Below, one piece after another: positions 45,845 to 57,600 of a stretch of DNA of 64,000 nucleotides; the first letter of the stretch is position 1, and the number at the start of each line of letters is the position of its first letter. The notes under the pieces were generated by a model. It saw only the letters and a program-made list of their open reading frames with translations, did no database searches and was not told where the DNA came from. A program made the position numbers and the translations under genes. Source of the stretch: Candidatus Levyibacteriota bacterium. Its GTDB lineage: Bacteria > Patescibacteriota > Microgenomatia > Levybacterales > UBA12049. The DNA lies in contig CAVRKE010000001.1 in assembly GCA_963722305.1 (NCBI GenBank), positions 501,549 to 565,548 on the forward strand, in the 5' to 3' direction.

Positions 45845-45968
45845 ATTAAGTTGAGCGTAGCGAGATCCTTAGCGCAAGCTAAGGACTAGGGTTGAGTTGA
45901 AGTAAAATTTCTTTGAAGTTTTCGCAATTTTTCCCTTACATTCTCGAATGTGAGGGAATTTTTGTTGG

Positions 45969-46442
45969 CTATAAATTAAAAGTTAGCTGCTTTGAAGTCC
46001 GGGTTACAAAAACATCGTTTTGATCCCATTGTGTATCAGAATCAATATAACGGGTTGTCAGCCATACTCCGCCACGGTCGCGAATGAGTTCAAAAACTGC
46101 CGGTAAATGAGGTGGATTAGGTAAGTTACGAGGGTTTGGTAATGGATACGGATCATCGATTGGCTCCATAACTATTACATACCGCTTTCCGATTTCTAAC
46201 TGTTGCATATTCCCTTTTGCGGCTTCTATTGCCAAAAAAATGCCTGCTTCGGGAGAAAGTCTATTTTCTGGTTTTCCCCAAATTTGCTCCGCTTTTGAAG
46301 CGTCACTAATCATAAAACTTAACCCTGTAGGCATTTCAAAAGGCGGCATTAGTTCAATCATTGTTCTTGCCGCCCCGGCAACATTGAGCCCTCGAGTAGA
46401 ATCTAATAAGTTCCCTACAGCTGTATTTCTTTCCGGCAACAT
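45969..46442 (-). CDS. hypothetical protein (Pro-rich, elevated GC)
   Basis: 157-aa ORF. Confidence 0.4.
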   Translation of the reverse strand: MLPERNTAVGNLLDSTRGLNVAGAARTMIELMPPFEMPTGLSFMISDASKAEQIWGKPENRLSPEAGIFLAIEAAKGNMQQLEIGKRYVIVMEPIDDPYPLPNPRNLPNPPHLPAVFELIRDRGGVWLTTRYIDSDTQWDQNDVFVTRTSKQLTFNL

Positions 46443-46556
46443 GTTCTTGGAATATACAGTTGGATATCCTTTTTGTCAACAACGATTTAGACTGTTCACA
46501 TTTTACCCTAGGCGCTACGTGGGGGTGATTCTTGTTGGCTAAAGAGGGTTTTGCAG

Positions 46557-47507
46557 TTAATTTGAGAATATCTGTTTAAGCTGTTTATCTATTTCCGGAA
46601 TTGCTGCTAGTCCTTCGATTAATGTTTCAGTAGGCTCTTCGTACTGAATTGCTGCAACTGGTTGCCAGTGACTATCTCCATCATGCTGTAAGCCAAAATA
46701 AAAGAAGCCAACTTGATTTTCTAATGGCATCATAATTGATGCTGTCCAAAATTCCGGGTCTTCTACAGAACCTCTATCTACTTGCAGTTCTTGCCCTGTT
46801 TTCAGATTAATGTCCGCACTCTCAACGTAAGCATGCGGATTAAGAATATTTATTCTACCCCGTAATCTACTAATTGCGGATAGCAAAGGAGCATGTCCTT
46901 CTGCCCTTGTCTTATTTTCTTCTGCCTCCCTGTCTGTAACAGCTTCGAAAGCGTCAATTCCATATAACTTTAAAAAGCTTACTTCAAAACTTTCAACACC
47001 AAAGTCAGTTACTCTTGTTTCATCACCGTTTCTCTCCATATAAAAAGTGTGAACGTCGCCGCGGGTGGGAGGAACGTAAGGCGGCAGTGGAGCAAGTAAT
47101 CTATTAAAATCTCTGCCGATTGCATATGCTGCCCCTTGAGCTCTCAGCCCGATTGAAACTTCGGCGTTAATCGGCAAGTGCCTATGTGCAAAAGGCTCCA
47201 ATTGACCTGACTGTTCATTGATTTGAAAACCAAAAGTAGCATCAATAATCTGCTCTCCTTCGCTAAAAGTCAACGCCATTGACCAAGAATCGGGAGCTAT
47301 TTTGGTACCACCTTGGTATTTTAACGTTGCCCCATCTCTTAAACTGAACTCCCCGCTTGCTACATTATTTGTGTCAGCAAATATTCTGCTTCTTAAAGCA
47401 ACAATTTGCCCGGAAAACTCTGCCTCTCTACCTTTTGCTTCTGAGTCTTGAACCGGTACTTGTCTTACTCCCGTGTCTGGCGACATATTCCCGAAAATAT
47501 ACACCAT
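46557..47507 (-). CDS. hypothetical protein (elevated GC)
   Basis: 316-aa ORF with no recognisable motif. Confidence 0.45.
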   Translation of the reverse strand: MVYIFGNMSPDTGVRQVPVQDSEAKGREAEFSGQIVALRSRIFADTNNVASGEFSLRDGATLKYQGGTKIAPDSWSMALTFSEGEQIIDATFGFQINEQSGQLEPFAHRHLPINAEVSIGLRAQGAAYAIGRDFNRLLAPLPPYVPPTRGDVHTFYMERNGDETRVTDFGVESFEVSFLKLYGIDAFEAVTDREAEENKTRAEGHAPLLSAISRLRGRINILNPHAYVESADINLKTGQELQVDRGSVEDPEFWTASIMMPLENQVGFFYFGLQHDGDSHWQPVAAIQYEEPTETLIEGLAAIPEIDKQLKQIFSN

Positions 47508-47771
47508 TATGGTTTACCTGTCAAATTTGCCTCTTGATACATGCTGCGCTTTCCTTCGATTTCACTCAGGACTATAGTGCGCCCAGTCCTAAAGGATTTC
47601 GTTTCACTCAATATCGCGAACTATCTATAGACTATAGATATTTTGGGTCTTGATGCATGTTGCTTCGCTCAATACTTTCGCTCGGCCCAGTATCGCGTGG
47701 TAATTCTAAAATTGCCACTTGACAATTATGTTACACTTTGTTACTTTATCGTTGATTAATTATCATATTGA

Positions 47772-47789
47772 TGACTATATGTATAGTCA
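47772..47789. promoter_or_regulatory. perfect 8-2-8 palindrome TGACTATA-TG-TATAGTCA, 7 nt upstream of the HTH gene start
   Basis: Inverted repeat centred at 47780/47781. Likely operator for the adjacent HTH protein. Confidence 0.5.
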
Positions 47790-47796
47790 CAAGGTT

Positions 47797-48006
47797 ATGA
47801 ATAATCAAACCCTATCAATCAATAACCTACCCGATCTCCTGACAGTTAGGGAAGTGGCCCAAATCCTGAGAGTCTCCCCTCTCACCATCAAACGCTGGGG
47901 CAAAAGAGGAAAGCTCCCGGCCATAAGGATTAATTCCCGAGGAGATCGAAGGTACAAAAAGGAAGCCGTCCTCTGGCTTCTCGGTATTCAGGCAAAAGAA
48001 GAGTAA
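47797..48006 (+). CDS. excisionase/MerR-type HTH DNA-binding protein (HTH_17-like), 69 aa
   Basis: LTVREVAQILRVSPLTIKRWGKRGKLPAIRI. Start set at the Met following the palindrome and an AAGG spacer. Confidence 0.6.
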   Translation: MNNQTLSINNLPDLLTVREVAQILRVSPLTIKRWGKRGKLPAIRINSRGDRRYKKEAVLWLLGIQAKEE

Positions 48007-48131
48007 AAGTTGCTCGCTAACGCTTGCGCCAATTTCTAATTTCTAATTCTTGATTTCTAAAGAAAACTCAATGCCTAATTACTAATTAGCTCTGAAGTAT
48101 AATTCTGAAGACAGACATCACCCTCTATTAT

Positions 48132-48641
48132 TTACTTCCCTGTGGGAACAACCGGAGCATTGAATGTCGGAGCAGCAGTCGGAACGGATGTAGGAGCCGG
48201 CGCACTGGCGCCAAGATTCACCGGCGCCACTTCAATAATTTTATTAATACTTTCCCGGTAGAGAATGGCCTTTTTCGCTTGGGTATAAATTAAAACCTTA
48301 TCACCATTTTGCGCATTGGCAAAAAACGGCTGGTCGCTCAATTTGGTAATATCCGAAACCGTGGCAATAGTCGGCTGCTCATTGGTCGGCAAAAGCATCA
48401 ATTTTCCAACTTCGGCCACCACCTGTTTTGCTTCGGCGTTTGTCGAAGCAGCCGGATTTTGCAATAAATTTTCCGCTTGCTTATATTGGTGATAAAAATA
48501 GTAAGACGGCAAAATCGCAATTACCAACAAAATTACAAGCACAATAATCCATAGCGATTTATTGCCTCTGAGGTTACTCAGTATTTTTTCTTGATATTCG
48601 CGAAGCTTCTGGACAGAAATTTTCACTACAGTTATTATCAT
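48132..48641 (-). CDS. hypothetical membrane-anchored protein
   Basis: N-terminal transmembrane helix (LWIIVLVILLVIAILP), extracytoplasmic domain, Ala/Pro/Thr-rich tail. Confidence 0.45.
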   Translation of the reverse strand: MIITVVKISVQKLREYQEKILSNLRGNKSLWIIVLVILLVIAILPSYYFYHQYKQAENLLQNPAASTNAEAKQVVAEVGKLMLLPTNEQPTIATVSDITKLSDQPFFANAQNGDKVLIYTQAKKAILYRESINKIIEVAPVNLGASAPAPTSVPTAAPTFNAPVVPTGK

Positions 48642-48720
48642 AAAGAAAATTCCGGAAGTTTGTCAATCCCCGTCTTAAAAACATTGAACCAAATTTGAAT
48701 TTGTTGTAAAGTAAAGATGG

Positions 48721-51531
48721 ATGAAGAAAAAAATAACCTTTGGCCTGCTCTTATTTTTTTTGTCTGTCAGTTTATTTTGGAATTTACCCGAGGTTAAAGC
48801 AGCCGGTTTTACCAGCGCCTATCTAAGGCTGAATAACCAAACTCCAAGCTCGGCTCTTGCGGGCACTGTTTGTGCCCAACCTTCTTCACCGGGTGCCGGC
48901 AGCGAAAGTAAAATCAGCCTTTCTTTTCCCGATGATTTTACAGTTTCGGGAAACACCAGCAACTGGACTACTAATGTTACCAATCTTCCTTCCGGTTCCA
49001 CACCCTGGCCATCAATCGGCAACCCCGCCGTCAGTATTTCTGGCCAGTCTGTCACATTCTCAAGCGGCGATTTAACCGCCGGCACTATTTACTGCTTTAA
49101 TTTTAACGGCGCTTCCTCGACCACCGGCGCTGTCGGCAATGATAAGACCGGTGCTCTAACAAGCAAAAATTCTTCGGATGTTATTATTGACCAGTCTGCT
49201 TATGCTGTCTCTATCGTTTCCAGTAACCAAATTGGAATTTCGGCCACTGTCTCGCCCGCGGCCTCCGACCTGCCGATCTCGATTGAATCAACTACTGTCG
49301 GCAACAATTTTCCGCAAAACACCATTTTGGACTATAAAATTACCTACGGTTCATTAACGGTCGGACCTTTCCCCTTAACTATTCAGGCCGAGTGGTCGCA
49401 AGGAACAATTGATGGTAGCCCTACGCCCTCAGTTGACCTTTTAAATTACGTCATCGGCAGTGCTTCGAATGCTTATGACGCAGCTCCGGCCGTAGTTGAT
49501 ACTACCAACCGAACTATCACCTGGACCATTAATTCTTTTCCCGGCAATACTGTTGGCCAGACGGTTACTTTTGAGCTGGAAACCAATGATTCTTATACCG
49601 GCAGCGAAGTTGTCAGTTTTAATGTGGCGGCCAGAAGCATGTCGGAGACAACGATTACTCCCGACCAGACAGTTAGCCAAACCTATCTTTACAGCACAGG
49701 GATTGAGCCAACCCCCACTCCCGCCCCCCCAACGGCCACGCCTACTCCCGGTACAAGTAGCAGCACCAGCACTATTACGCCAACCACCACTCCCACTGTC
49801 GCTTCCTCGCCCAGCCTGGCTTTTTCGGCGATTTCAATTCAGTCTCTATCGCAGTCCCAGGCCCAAATCGACGTTTCCACCACCAACAATGCAACTATCA
49901 CCGTCCAATATGGCACTGGCATCAATGCCCTTTCACAAAGTATTACTACTTCTTTGCCGACCAGCGAAGCTTTGCTAACCCTCCCAAACCTCACAGCCGA
50001 TACCAATTATTATTACCGCGTCACTGCCAAGGATGCTTTTGGCAACGTTATTAAGTCCGACATCTTTACTTTTAAAACTGCCGTTATCTCCCAAGCTACG
50101 CTGGCTGACCTGCAATCACTGATTGTCACCAGCAACAACAACATTTTACTTAACCCACAGACCGAAAAAATCACCACCGGTAATACCGTTTACTCGGTGG
50201 TTATTCCGCAGTTAAGCATTTTTGAAATTCATTTTTCGCTGACAAAATACGTGCCGATAAAAAATATCCAGGTAATCATCGAGAACAAACACGTTTTAGG
50301 CGCCAACACCTTTACTCCGCAGACGGCTGCTTCTAATTTTGTCGATTTGGTAGAAACCCAACCGGGGGTTTTCACCGGAAGGCTGTTAAGTCAACAAACT
50401 CCGGGAGTCTACGAGCTGTATGCCAAAATAGTCGACTACAACGGCAATATTACACTACAAAAAATAACGGACATCGTGGTTGTGCCGGAATTTAAGGTGC
50501 TTGAAAAAGGCACCAATAACCCCATCGAAGCTGCCAGAATACTGCTTTATCTGTATAACCCGACGACCAGAATTTACGAGGTTATTTCTCCGCAAATCCT
50601 GCCTATTAATAACCCTTTGTTTTCCCAGCCTAACGGAGTCGTCCCCATTGTTTTGCCCAAAGGGCAATACAAGGCGGATATTTCAGCCATTAATTACCAG
50701 TCCCAAACTGTGACGTTTGCAGTCGGGGCCACTTCTGGAAACTATCCGACTGTCTACCTGCAAAATCAACCATTCAGTCTGACTAATTATGTCAATTTCT
50801 TTCTTACCACGCTTTCCGATTACGTAATATCAAGCCAACAAACTTTAAGCCAGTTTTCTGCTTCAAGCCGCCTATTTGCCTTTTTGGAAGGCTTAACTTT
50901 ACTCGGCTTTGTCTTTTTAGCTTTTCTCTCCTTTTCGGCCAGGACGCACATTTCCCTACCCTATATTCCTTACTTTTTCTTCCATAAACTCAAGCAGCTA
51001 TTGTTTAAAGAAAATTCGCTGACCATTGGCAAAGTTTACGACGAGGTCACTCAAGCTCCGGTTTCAAAAGCACTGGTGTATATTATTGATGCGAAAAAGA
51101 ACAGCCTGATAGCGCATCTTCGAACCAACCGGCTGGGCGAATTTTACTGCCGAAAATTCGCAGCTGTCGACAAAATAAAGATTACCGTCGTCAAAAAAGG
51201 TTTTATCGCTAAGGCCCCGCTTGAATATAGCCAAAAAAGCTTGAGTGTTATGCCGATTAGCATCGCTTTGGAGAAAGATCTTACTTATCGAAAATCGGTG
51301 ATTGAGCTTTTGCTTTTGGCTATTGAGAACATTTTTGGTGCTTTTATGGAATTTACTCTGGTTCTGACAATTATTCTGGAGCTGTATTTTATCCCACCCT
51401 TAGGAATTCTCAAAGTGTCTCCTTTCCTGGCATTATCGATTTTTAACGTTGTTCTTTTAATTCTTTACCTCTACAAACCACGCAGTTTGATGTTCAAAAA
51501 TCCTCTGATAGAACAAGATCTTGCTGCTTAG
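48721..51531 (+). CDS. large secreted surface protein (936 aa): signal peptide, FN3-like and carboxypeptidase-regulatory-like domains, Thr/Pro linker, C-terminal membrane anchors
   Basis: Signal peptide MKKKITFGLLLFFLSVSLFWNLPEVKA. TPTPAPPTATPTPGTSSSTSTITPTTTPT linker. YYYRVTAKDAFGN (FN3-like). C-terminal hydrophobic helices. Confidence 0.6.
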   Translation: MKKKITFGLLLFFLSVSLFWNLPEVKAAGFTSAYLRLNNQTPSSALAGTVCAQPSSPGAGSESKISLSFPDDFTVSGNTSNWTTNVTNLPSGSTPWPSIGNPAVSISGQSVTFSSGDLTAGTIYCFNFNGASSTTGAVGNDKTGALTSKNSSDVIIDQSAYAVSIVSSNQIGISATVSPAASDLPISIESTTVGNNFPQNTILDYKITYGSLTVGPFPLTIQAEWSQGTIDGSPTPSVDLLNYVIGSASNAYDAAPAVVDTTNRTITWTINSFPGNTVGQTVTFELETNDSYTGSEVVSFNVAARSMSETTITPDQTVSQTYLYSTGIEPTPTPAPPTATPTPGTSSSTSTITPTTTPTVASSPSLAFSAISIQSLSQSQAQIDVSTTNNATITVQYGTGINALSQSITTSLPTSEALLTLPNLTADTNYYYRVTAKDAFGNVIKSDIFTFKTAVISQATLADLQSLIVTSNNNILLNPQTEKITTGNTVYSVVIPQLSIFEIHFSLTKYVPIKNIQVIIENKHVLGANTFTPQTAASNFVDLVETQPGVFTGRLLSQQTPGVYELYAKIVDYNGNITLQKITDIVVVPEFKVLEKGTNNPIEAARILLYLYNPTTRIYEVISPQILPINNPLFSQPNGVVPIVLPKGQYKADISAINYQSQTVTFAVGATSGNYPTVYLQNQPFSLTNYVNFFLTTLSDYVISSQQTLSQFSASSRLFAFLEGLTLLGFVFLAFLSFSARTHISLPYIPYFFFHKLKQLLFKENSLTIGKVYDEVTQAPVSKALVYIIDAKKNSLIAHLRTNRLGEFYCRKFAAVDKIKITVVKKGFIAKAPLEYSQKSLSVMPISIALEKDLTYRKSVIELLLLAIENIFGAFMEFTLVLTIILELYFIPPLGILKVSPFLALSIFNVVLLILYLYKPRSLMFKNPLIEQDLAA

Positions 51532-51622
51532 AAATAACCTAAACACTCGCCGCTTCAACCAGTGGCTATTTTACTCCCTTGCTTCCGGCTTAACTCAATT
51601 TTTAAACAACCGCCTTAGGCCT

Positions 51623-54600
51623 TTATTGAGTCGGTGTTATGGTTGGAGTTGAAGATTCAACCTGATTTAGAATTGATTGGAACGCCGCCGACTGGGTCGC
51701 TTGCGGTTCGGGTGTGGGCACTACCGGCTCCAGTCCCGCAGTTTTGGCATCCTGGACTGAAAGCGCCACCCAGGAAAAGTTAATATCTTCGGGTGCGGGT
51801 TTATTCAGCCGAATTGTAAATCCCTGGGTAGTTCTATCGGTAATCACATAAGAAAGATTACCGTTAAGGATGGCATCTTCCAAAGCTTTCTGGGCCACCT
51901 GGTCATTTATTTTGTCAAGGGCAATACTGGCAGTGACAACCGGTGTGTCGGCATACTCGTTGTCAAAAGTCACCGAAACAGTATCCTCTCCCTGCTTAAT
52001 CACCGCAAATCCGGCCGTATCGCTGTTGAAAGTCGGAGTTGAATTAAATCTGACGTTACCCTTAAACACCACGTCGTTCATAAAGTAACTAAAGCCGGAA
52101 ACGAGGAAATTATTGGTCGTCAGACTATCAAGAACATTCAAAGCGCCCTGGATAAGGCCGTTACCCGCAACATTTAAGTCGGCCGAAATAGTGGCCAAAC
52201 CGTTAACGTTCAAATCGGAAAGGTTGAGGGTTGAGGGAAGGGTTGTTGTCGCCGATGGCGTGGCTGTTGCCAATTCTCCGCTTTGAGTGGCATCGGAAAG
52301 AACCGCTACGCTATTAGATAGTGCTGAAATTTGGTTGGTCAGTATTTCCAAACCCTCAATATGGTCGGCCCTGATGGTTTTGGCAGTAATTAAGTCGGCG
52401 ACAATTTCCGGGCTGATTACCTCGCCGGCCGCCACTGTTCCGGTGAAAACTTCCGAAGAATTAAACGCTGCCGAACCGGCGTCCTTAAGGCTTTGCAGGT
52501 ATACCAAAGTATTTTGGTCACCGCTGGAAATTTGGTTCATGTAGGAATCAAGGCCGGTATCCCCATAGATATCGGCAAACCCCGCACTGGTCGAAGCCAC
52601 AAAGTTTTCGTCCGCCATTGCCAGCTCGACACTTTCGCCGTTATAGCTGGTTAAGTTAACAAAGACCGTGATAGTTCCGCATTGGGTGGTTGACAAACTG
52701 CCTGCCCCTTGGGCCGGACAATCGGAAACTTCGGTTGGGTCGGTCGGGTCAAAATCCTCAATAGCAGTTCCCAACACTCTGCCGGCCACCGTGGCTTTCA
52801 TCGCGTAACCGGGAATTGAAGACGATGTCAGGTAATCACCGGAATGGATTGGCCCGTTTTCGGTGGAAACCAGCACGGGCACGCGTCCCACAAGGGCGAT
52901 GGGATAAGAATCCGGTGTGTAAGCACCCGCTACGAATCCCGGGTCTGTTGAAACCACTCCCATGATGTTACTTTGGTATTGCATAGTTGACTGAATCACA
53001 TTTTGTGCATTAAATTGGTCGCCGACCACCACTTCTCCCGGATTTAAAGTTTGGGTGGAGGTGTAATTTTCCGCTAAATCCGCCCCGCCCGAGTTCCACG
53101 CCCCGCCTGCGGCTGTGTAAGCCTGTCCGTCGGCGGCAAACCTAAAGGCATTCATTCCTTCACTGGTTAAAGTCAAAATATTCGGGTCTGTGGTATTTGC
53201 CAGTCTCCAGTACTGCAAAGTTGGCGTCTGTATCTGCCTATAATAATCAACTGAACCTCCGCTATCTATTCCTGACCAAACTCTCTCTTTCTCATAAGGC
53301 ATATTTGGCATTGTTCCAGTAAGGGTAAACTTAAACTGCGCCCAGGTGTCGCCGGCATTTGGATTAATCAATCCACCGGCTTTTTCGACATCATTCCAGT
53401 TGGTGGCCGTCATGGCGGCCAAACTTGAACCGGTTCTTGATTGGACTCCGATTGCCCCCTGCCCGACATTTTTCCAGTCGAGCGAAGTATTGGCAGTAAG
53501 GTTATTGGAATTTATTGGTTCAGTCACATACGTCCCCTGTAAATTCCAGCCGGCATCAATGATCATTGTATTGGAACTGCCTCCTACAATGACTACAAAT
53601 TTTCCATCCGGTCTTTGAAAAACATTTGTGCCCGCAGCTAAATTGCTAGGCGAAGGTAACGTCGGGCCTGCCCAAGTTCCTCCTACAACCTGTACAGAAG
53701 GGTCCACAATTGTTGTCGAGGTTGCCCCGCCGTTTGCCCACAGTATTTTTCCATCCGGCAAAGGAATTGTAAATGCGCCCGCTCCGGCATTGGCAGACAA
53801 AACTTCACCGAGCGCGGCGGTAAACGTACCAAGTCTTGCATCATAAAGATAAATCGTAGTCGCGGCTGTTCCTCTGGTTTGCAGCCAGTTGCCGTTGGAA
53901 ATTTGCACAGTGGTTGCGTTTGCCCCGTATGCAGCAGTGGTAGCAGGGCCAACAACAAAAGAGTTGCTTGATTCTTCATAGATATCGGTTACCGCACTGG
54001 TCCCTAAAAAGACAAGGTATTTTCCGTCAGGCCTTTTAATGCTGTAGGCTCCAGCGGTGACCGTTGATGTAGTGGCCGGACCGGCTGTAAATGAATTTAA
54101 GAACGGGTCGTAAATGTTGGTATTGGCTGTTGCACCTCCCAAAATTATCAGAAATCTTCCATCAGAGCGCAAAATAGCATGAGCGCCTGCGCCAATTGCG
54201 GCTGTTACGCTAGGTCCGGCGAAAAAAATATTTCTGACCGGATCATAAATATCTGTAAGCTGAGAGGCGCCTATAAACAACATAAACTGCCCGTTGGGTA
54301 AAGGTATCGAGAATGAACCGGTATTCGGATTGCTCGCCCCAACCGTTGTCGGACCGACAGTGAACAAACCGGTAGTCGAATCATACATTCTGGTTGCGTT
54401 TGAATTACCAGCTAAGATAATCAAAAACTTACCGTTTGGCAACTGTAGAGTGTGGGACCCTGTTCCAGCAGTGCCGCCCAAGTCCGCCGAGGCAGATGCA
54501 ACAATAATATCGGCATTAGAACTTGGCACGCTGCCATTTTCAAACGTTGCCAAAGTAACGGAATCGGAATCGCCAGTAACTGTTCCGTTAAAAACCGCGC

Positions 54601-57600
54601 TTTGGGTGGCGGCGTTTCTATCTTCGGTTGAATCACTGGCCAGTACTCCACCGTAGCCGGCAATTGGATTCTGGATTTTGAAATCATAAAGCGTCGGTTG
54701 GGTAATTTGGCGCACGTACTCGGTTGAACCCTCTGACGCCCACATGTTGCTTGGCACTGCCGTTCCTACCACTTGGTTATAAGGCGGGGCAATCGGCGAG
54801 TTGAATTGAATTTGAACCTTGACTTGAGTCGCACCCGGCATAGTTTGAATCAAATCGCCGTTGTTTTGAATTAAGTTGTAACTCACACTGCCAAGATTCC
54901 CGTTAACAGCCGTTTTGACATAAACCTCGACTCCGGCCGAAGGCGACGCCGAAACCGCAGGCGTCGAATCCCAAAAAATCGCCGAATAGGTGGAAATTTT
55001 TGTGCTGGTAATATCTTCCGATGTCCAAACACCACCAGTCCTCCAACCTACGTCATAAACCGTCGAGTTTGTACCAAGTGCACCGTTAAGAATTAAATAA
55101 CTTCCGTTATCTCTCTGGAATACGCCGCCCCCTACCCCAACCGAATTAGGTAAATTATTGGTAACCTGCGTCAGACTGCCGGTTGTACCGGAGGTCGGGT
55201 CGTAAAGATATGTCGCTTTTGAACCGTTGCCAACCGTAATTATCCATTTGTTGTTGGCCATTTGAAAAGCGGTTGAACCGGTGCCGACTTTATCACTAAA
55301 TTGCGGTCCGGCTGTAAATGTGTTAGTGGCAAAATTATAAATATCCGTATTGATATTATTGTTGGCATCAATCACCATAAACCTGCCATCAGGCAGTTGC
55401 AAAACATTGGCGCCGGTACCCGCAGCCGACTGGAGCGTCGGTCCGGCCGAAAAAGTACTGGTTACAGGATCATAAATATTGGTGGTAGTGGTGTTACCGC
55501 CCAGGATTACTATCCACTTTCCGTCCTGACGCTGGAAAACCGCCGAACCGGAAGCGACAATATTACCTGCTCCCGATAAAGCCGGCCCCTGGGCCATAGT
55601 GTTGGCAACCGGGTCATACAATGCGCTATATTGTGAACCGCCGAGTAAAACCAGGAACTTGCCGTCGGAATGCGGAATAACGCGGGAACCACCGCCGGCG
55701 ATATACTGGACGCCGCCAATTACTGGCAGATTCGGGCCAACCGCGATTGAACCAAAATTATTACTTCCGGCCGGGTCATAAATATCGCTTCTGTTGGCAT
55801 AAGTGATTACGAATTTCCCATCCTGTCTTTGGAAAACCGCCGAGCCGGAACCAATGGTTGCAGTTAAGTTAGGTCCGACGGTAAAAGTATTGGTCGGCAC
55901 GCTATACGTGTAAATTCTGGCGCTGGCAGCCGATACTCCGCCTAAAAATGCTACTACTCCGTTTTGCTGCCGCATAATTGCCGAACCCGAAGAAATTGGG
56001 ATTACCGTTGAAGGTGCGCCGGTGGAAGTTGGATTGATAGTGCTTGCAGTTAAAGAATTATCAACCTGCATTGAAATATCATTATTTGCAATTGAAACGT
56101 TAGTTGAACAGTATCCACTGCCGCTGCAGAAAGTTCCTTGGGTAAAGTCTGAAGTGGTGTTTTTAGTGATATCATCGTTGGTTGAATTTCCGGCAATTCT
56201 AGCAGAACCGACAACGTCAAGATTGTAACCGGAATTAGCTAAAGAACCGCCAATCCCGACACTGCCGTTTTGGTTAACGACAAATCTGGTTGCCCCGGAA
56301 GCAGAAGCGGCAATCAAAGCGCCGGTTCCCGAATTGTCGACGACCAGACCAGCAAAAGAAGTTGCCCCGGAAATGGAGGCGATAGCAATTGTGCCATTAT
56401 TAAGTCTGACATCAAAGTTTGCCAGAGGAGTAGTTCCGTCAGTGTTAATCCCCACCAAACCTGAGCCGCCCGGATTAATCGCAAAGTTTTGGTTAGTTGC
56501 GGTGCTGATTGTATCAATACCGGTTCCGGTAAAGCTAATTCCCGAACCATTGCCGGCCATCACTAAATTCCCGTTTTGCTGAACGGTGAATAAAGGCACG
56601 CCGGAGGCTGAAGCCGTAAAAATATCTCCTGTTCCCAACTGGTTTATTGTTAATCCCGCAAAAGAACTATTTCCGGAGAAAGAAGCTACTCCCAAAGTTC
56701 CGCTGGAACCCCGAACATCCAAAGTGGCAAGCGGCGCGGTGGTGCCAATACCAATCATGGCGCTGGCGGTAGCGTTGTTGACACCTAAAATACTACCTAA
56801 GATTAAACTGTTGTTTTGTGTTACATAAGCATTGGCTCCAATGGCTGTGGCGTTAATCAGATTGCCTAAACCAACATCGGCACCATACCCCAAAAGCGTA
56901 TTTAAGCCTCCAACGTCAATTGTCTGTCCTGCCTGATCACCCACGGCAGTATTGTTGGTACCAAGAGTCGTACTTTGACCCGCCTGATAGCCGAGGAAGG
57001 AGTTTTGAAAACCGGCGGTGTTGGAAAAACCTGCTCTGCCACCGAGGAAGGAATTGTTATATCCGGCGTTATTGTTATAACCTGCATAAAACCCGAGGAA
57101 GGAATTGTTATACCCGCTGGTATTGAGCCAACCTGCCATATAGCCGAGGAAGGAGTTGTCGTATCCGGTCAGGTTGGATAAGCCCGCCGTTTCGCCAAAG
57201 AAGGAGTTTTGGTATCCGGTGGTGTTATTTTGACCTGCGTAAGATCCGAGGAAGGAATTTTGGTATCCGGTCAGGTTGGATAAGCCTGCATAAAATCCAA
57301 CGAAGGAATTGTTATTCCCGGCGGTATTAGCACCACCTGCAGAATCTCCAACGAAGGAATTATTGTATCCGGTGGTATTAGAATTACCTGCATAAGCTCC
57401 GAGGAAGGAATTGTAGGATCCGCTGGTATTAACACTACCTGCATTCATACCAAGGAAGGAGTTATTAGATCCGGTAGTATTATATTCACCTGCGCCATTT
57501 CCAAAGAAGGAGTTTAGAGATCCGGTGGTGTTGCTTTGGCCTGCCTGATAGCCGATGAACGAGTTAGAGCCACCAGTGGTGTTGGATTGACCTGCGTTTA

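Noticed and set aside
47508-47718. Direct repeats (CTTGATRCATGYTGC...CCCAGT) and CTATAGACTATAG motifs, a possible att site
   Set aside because: Short and imperfect. No integrase nearby. Insufficient to call an attachment site.
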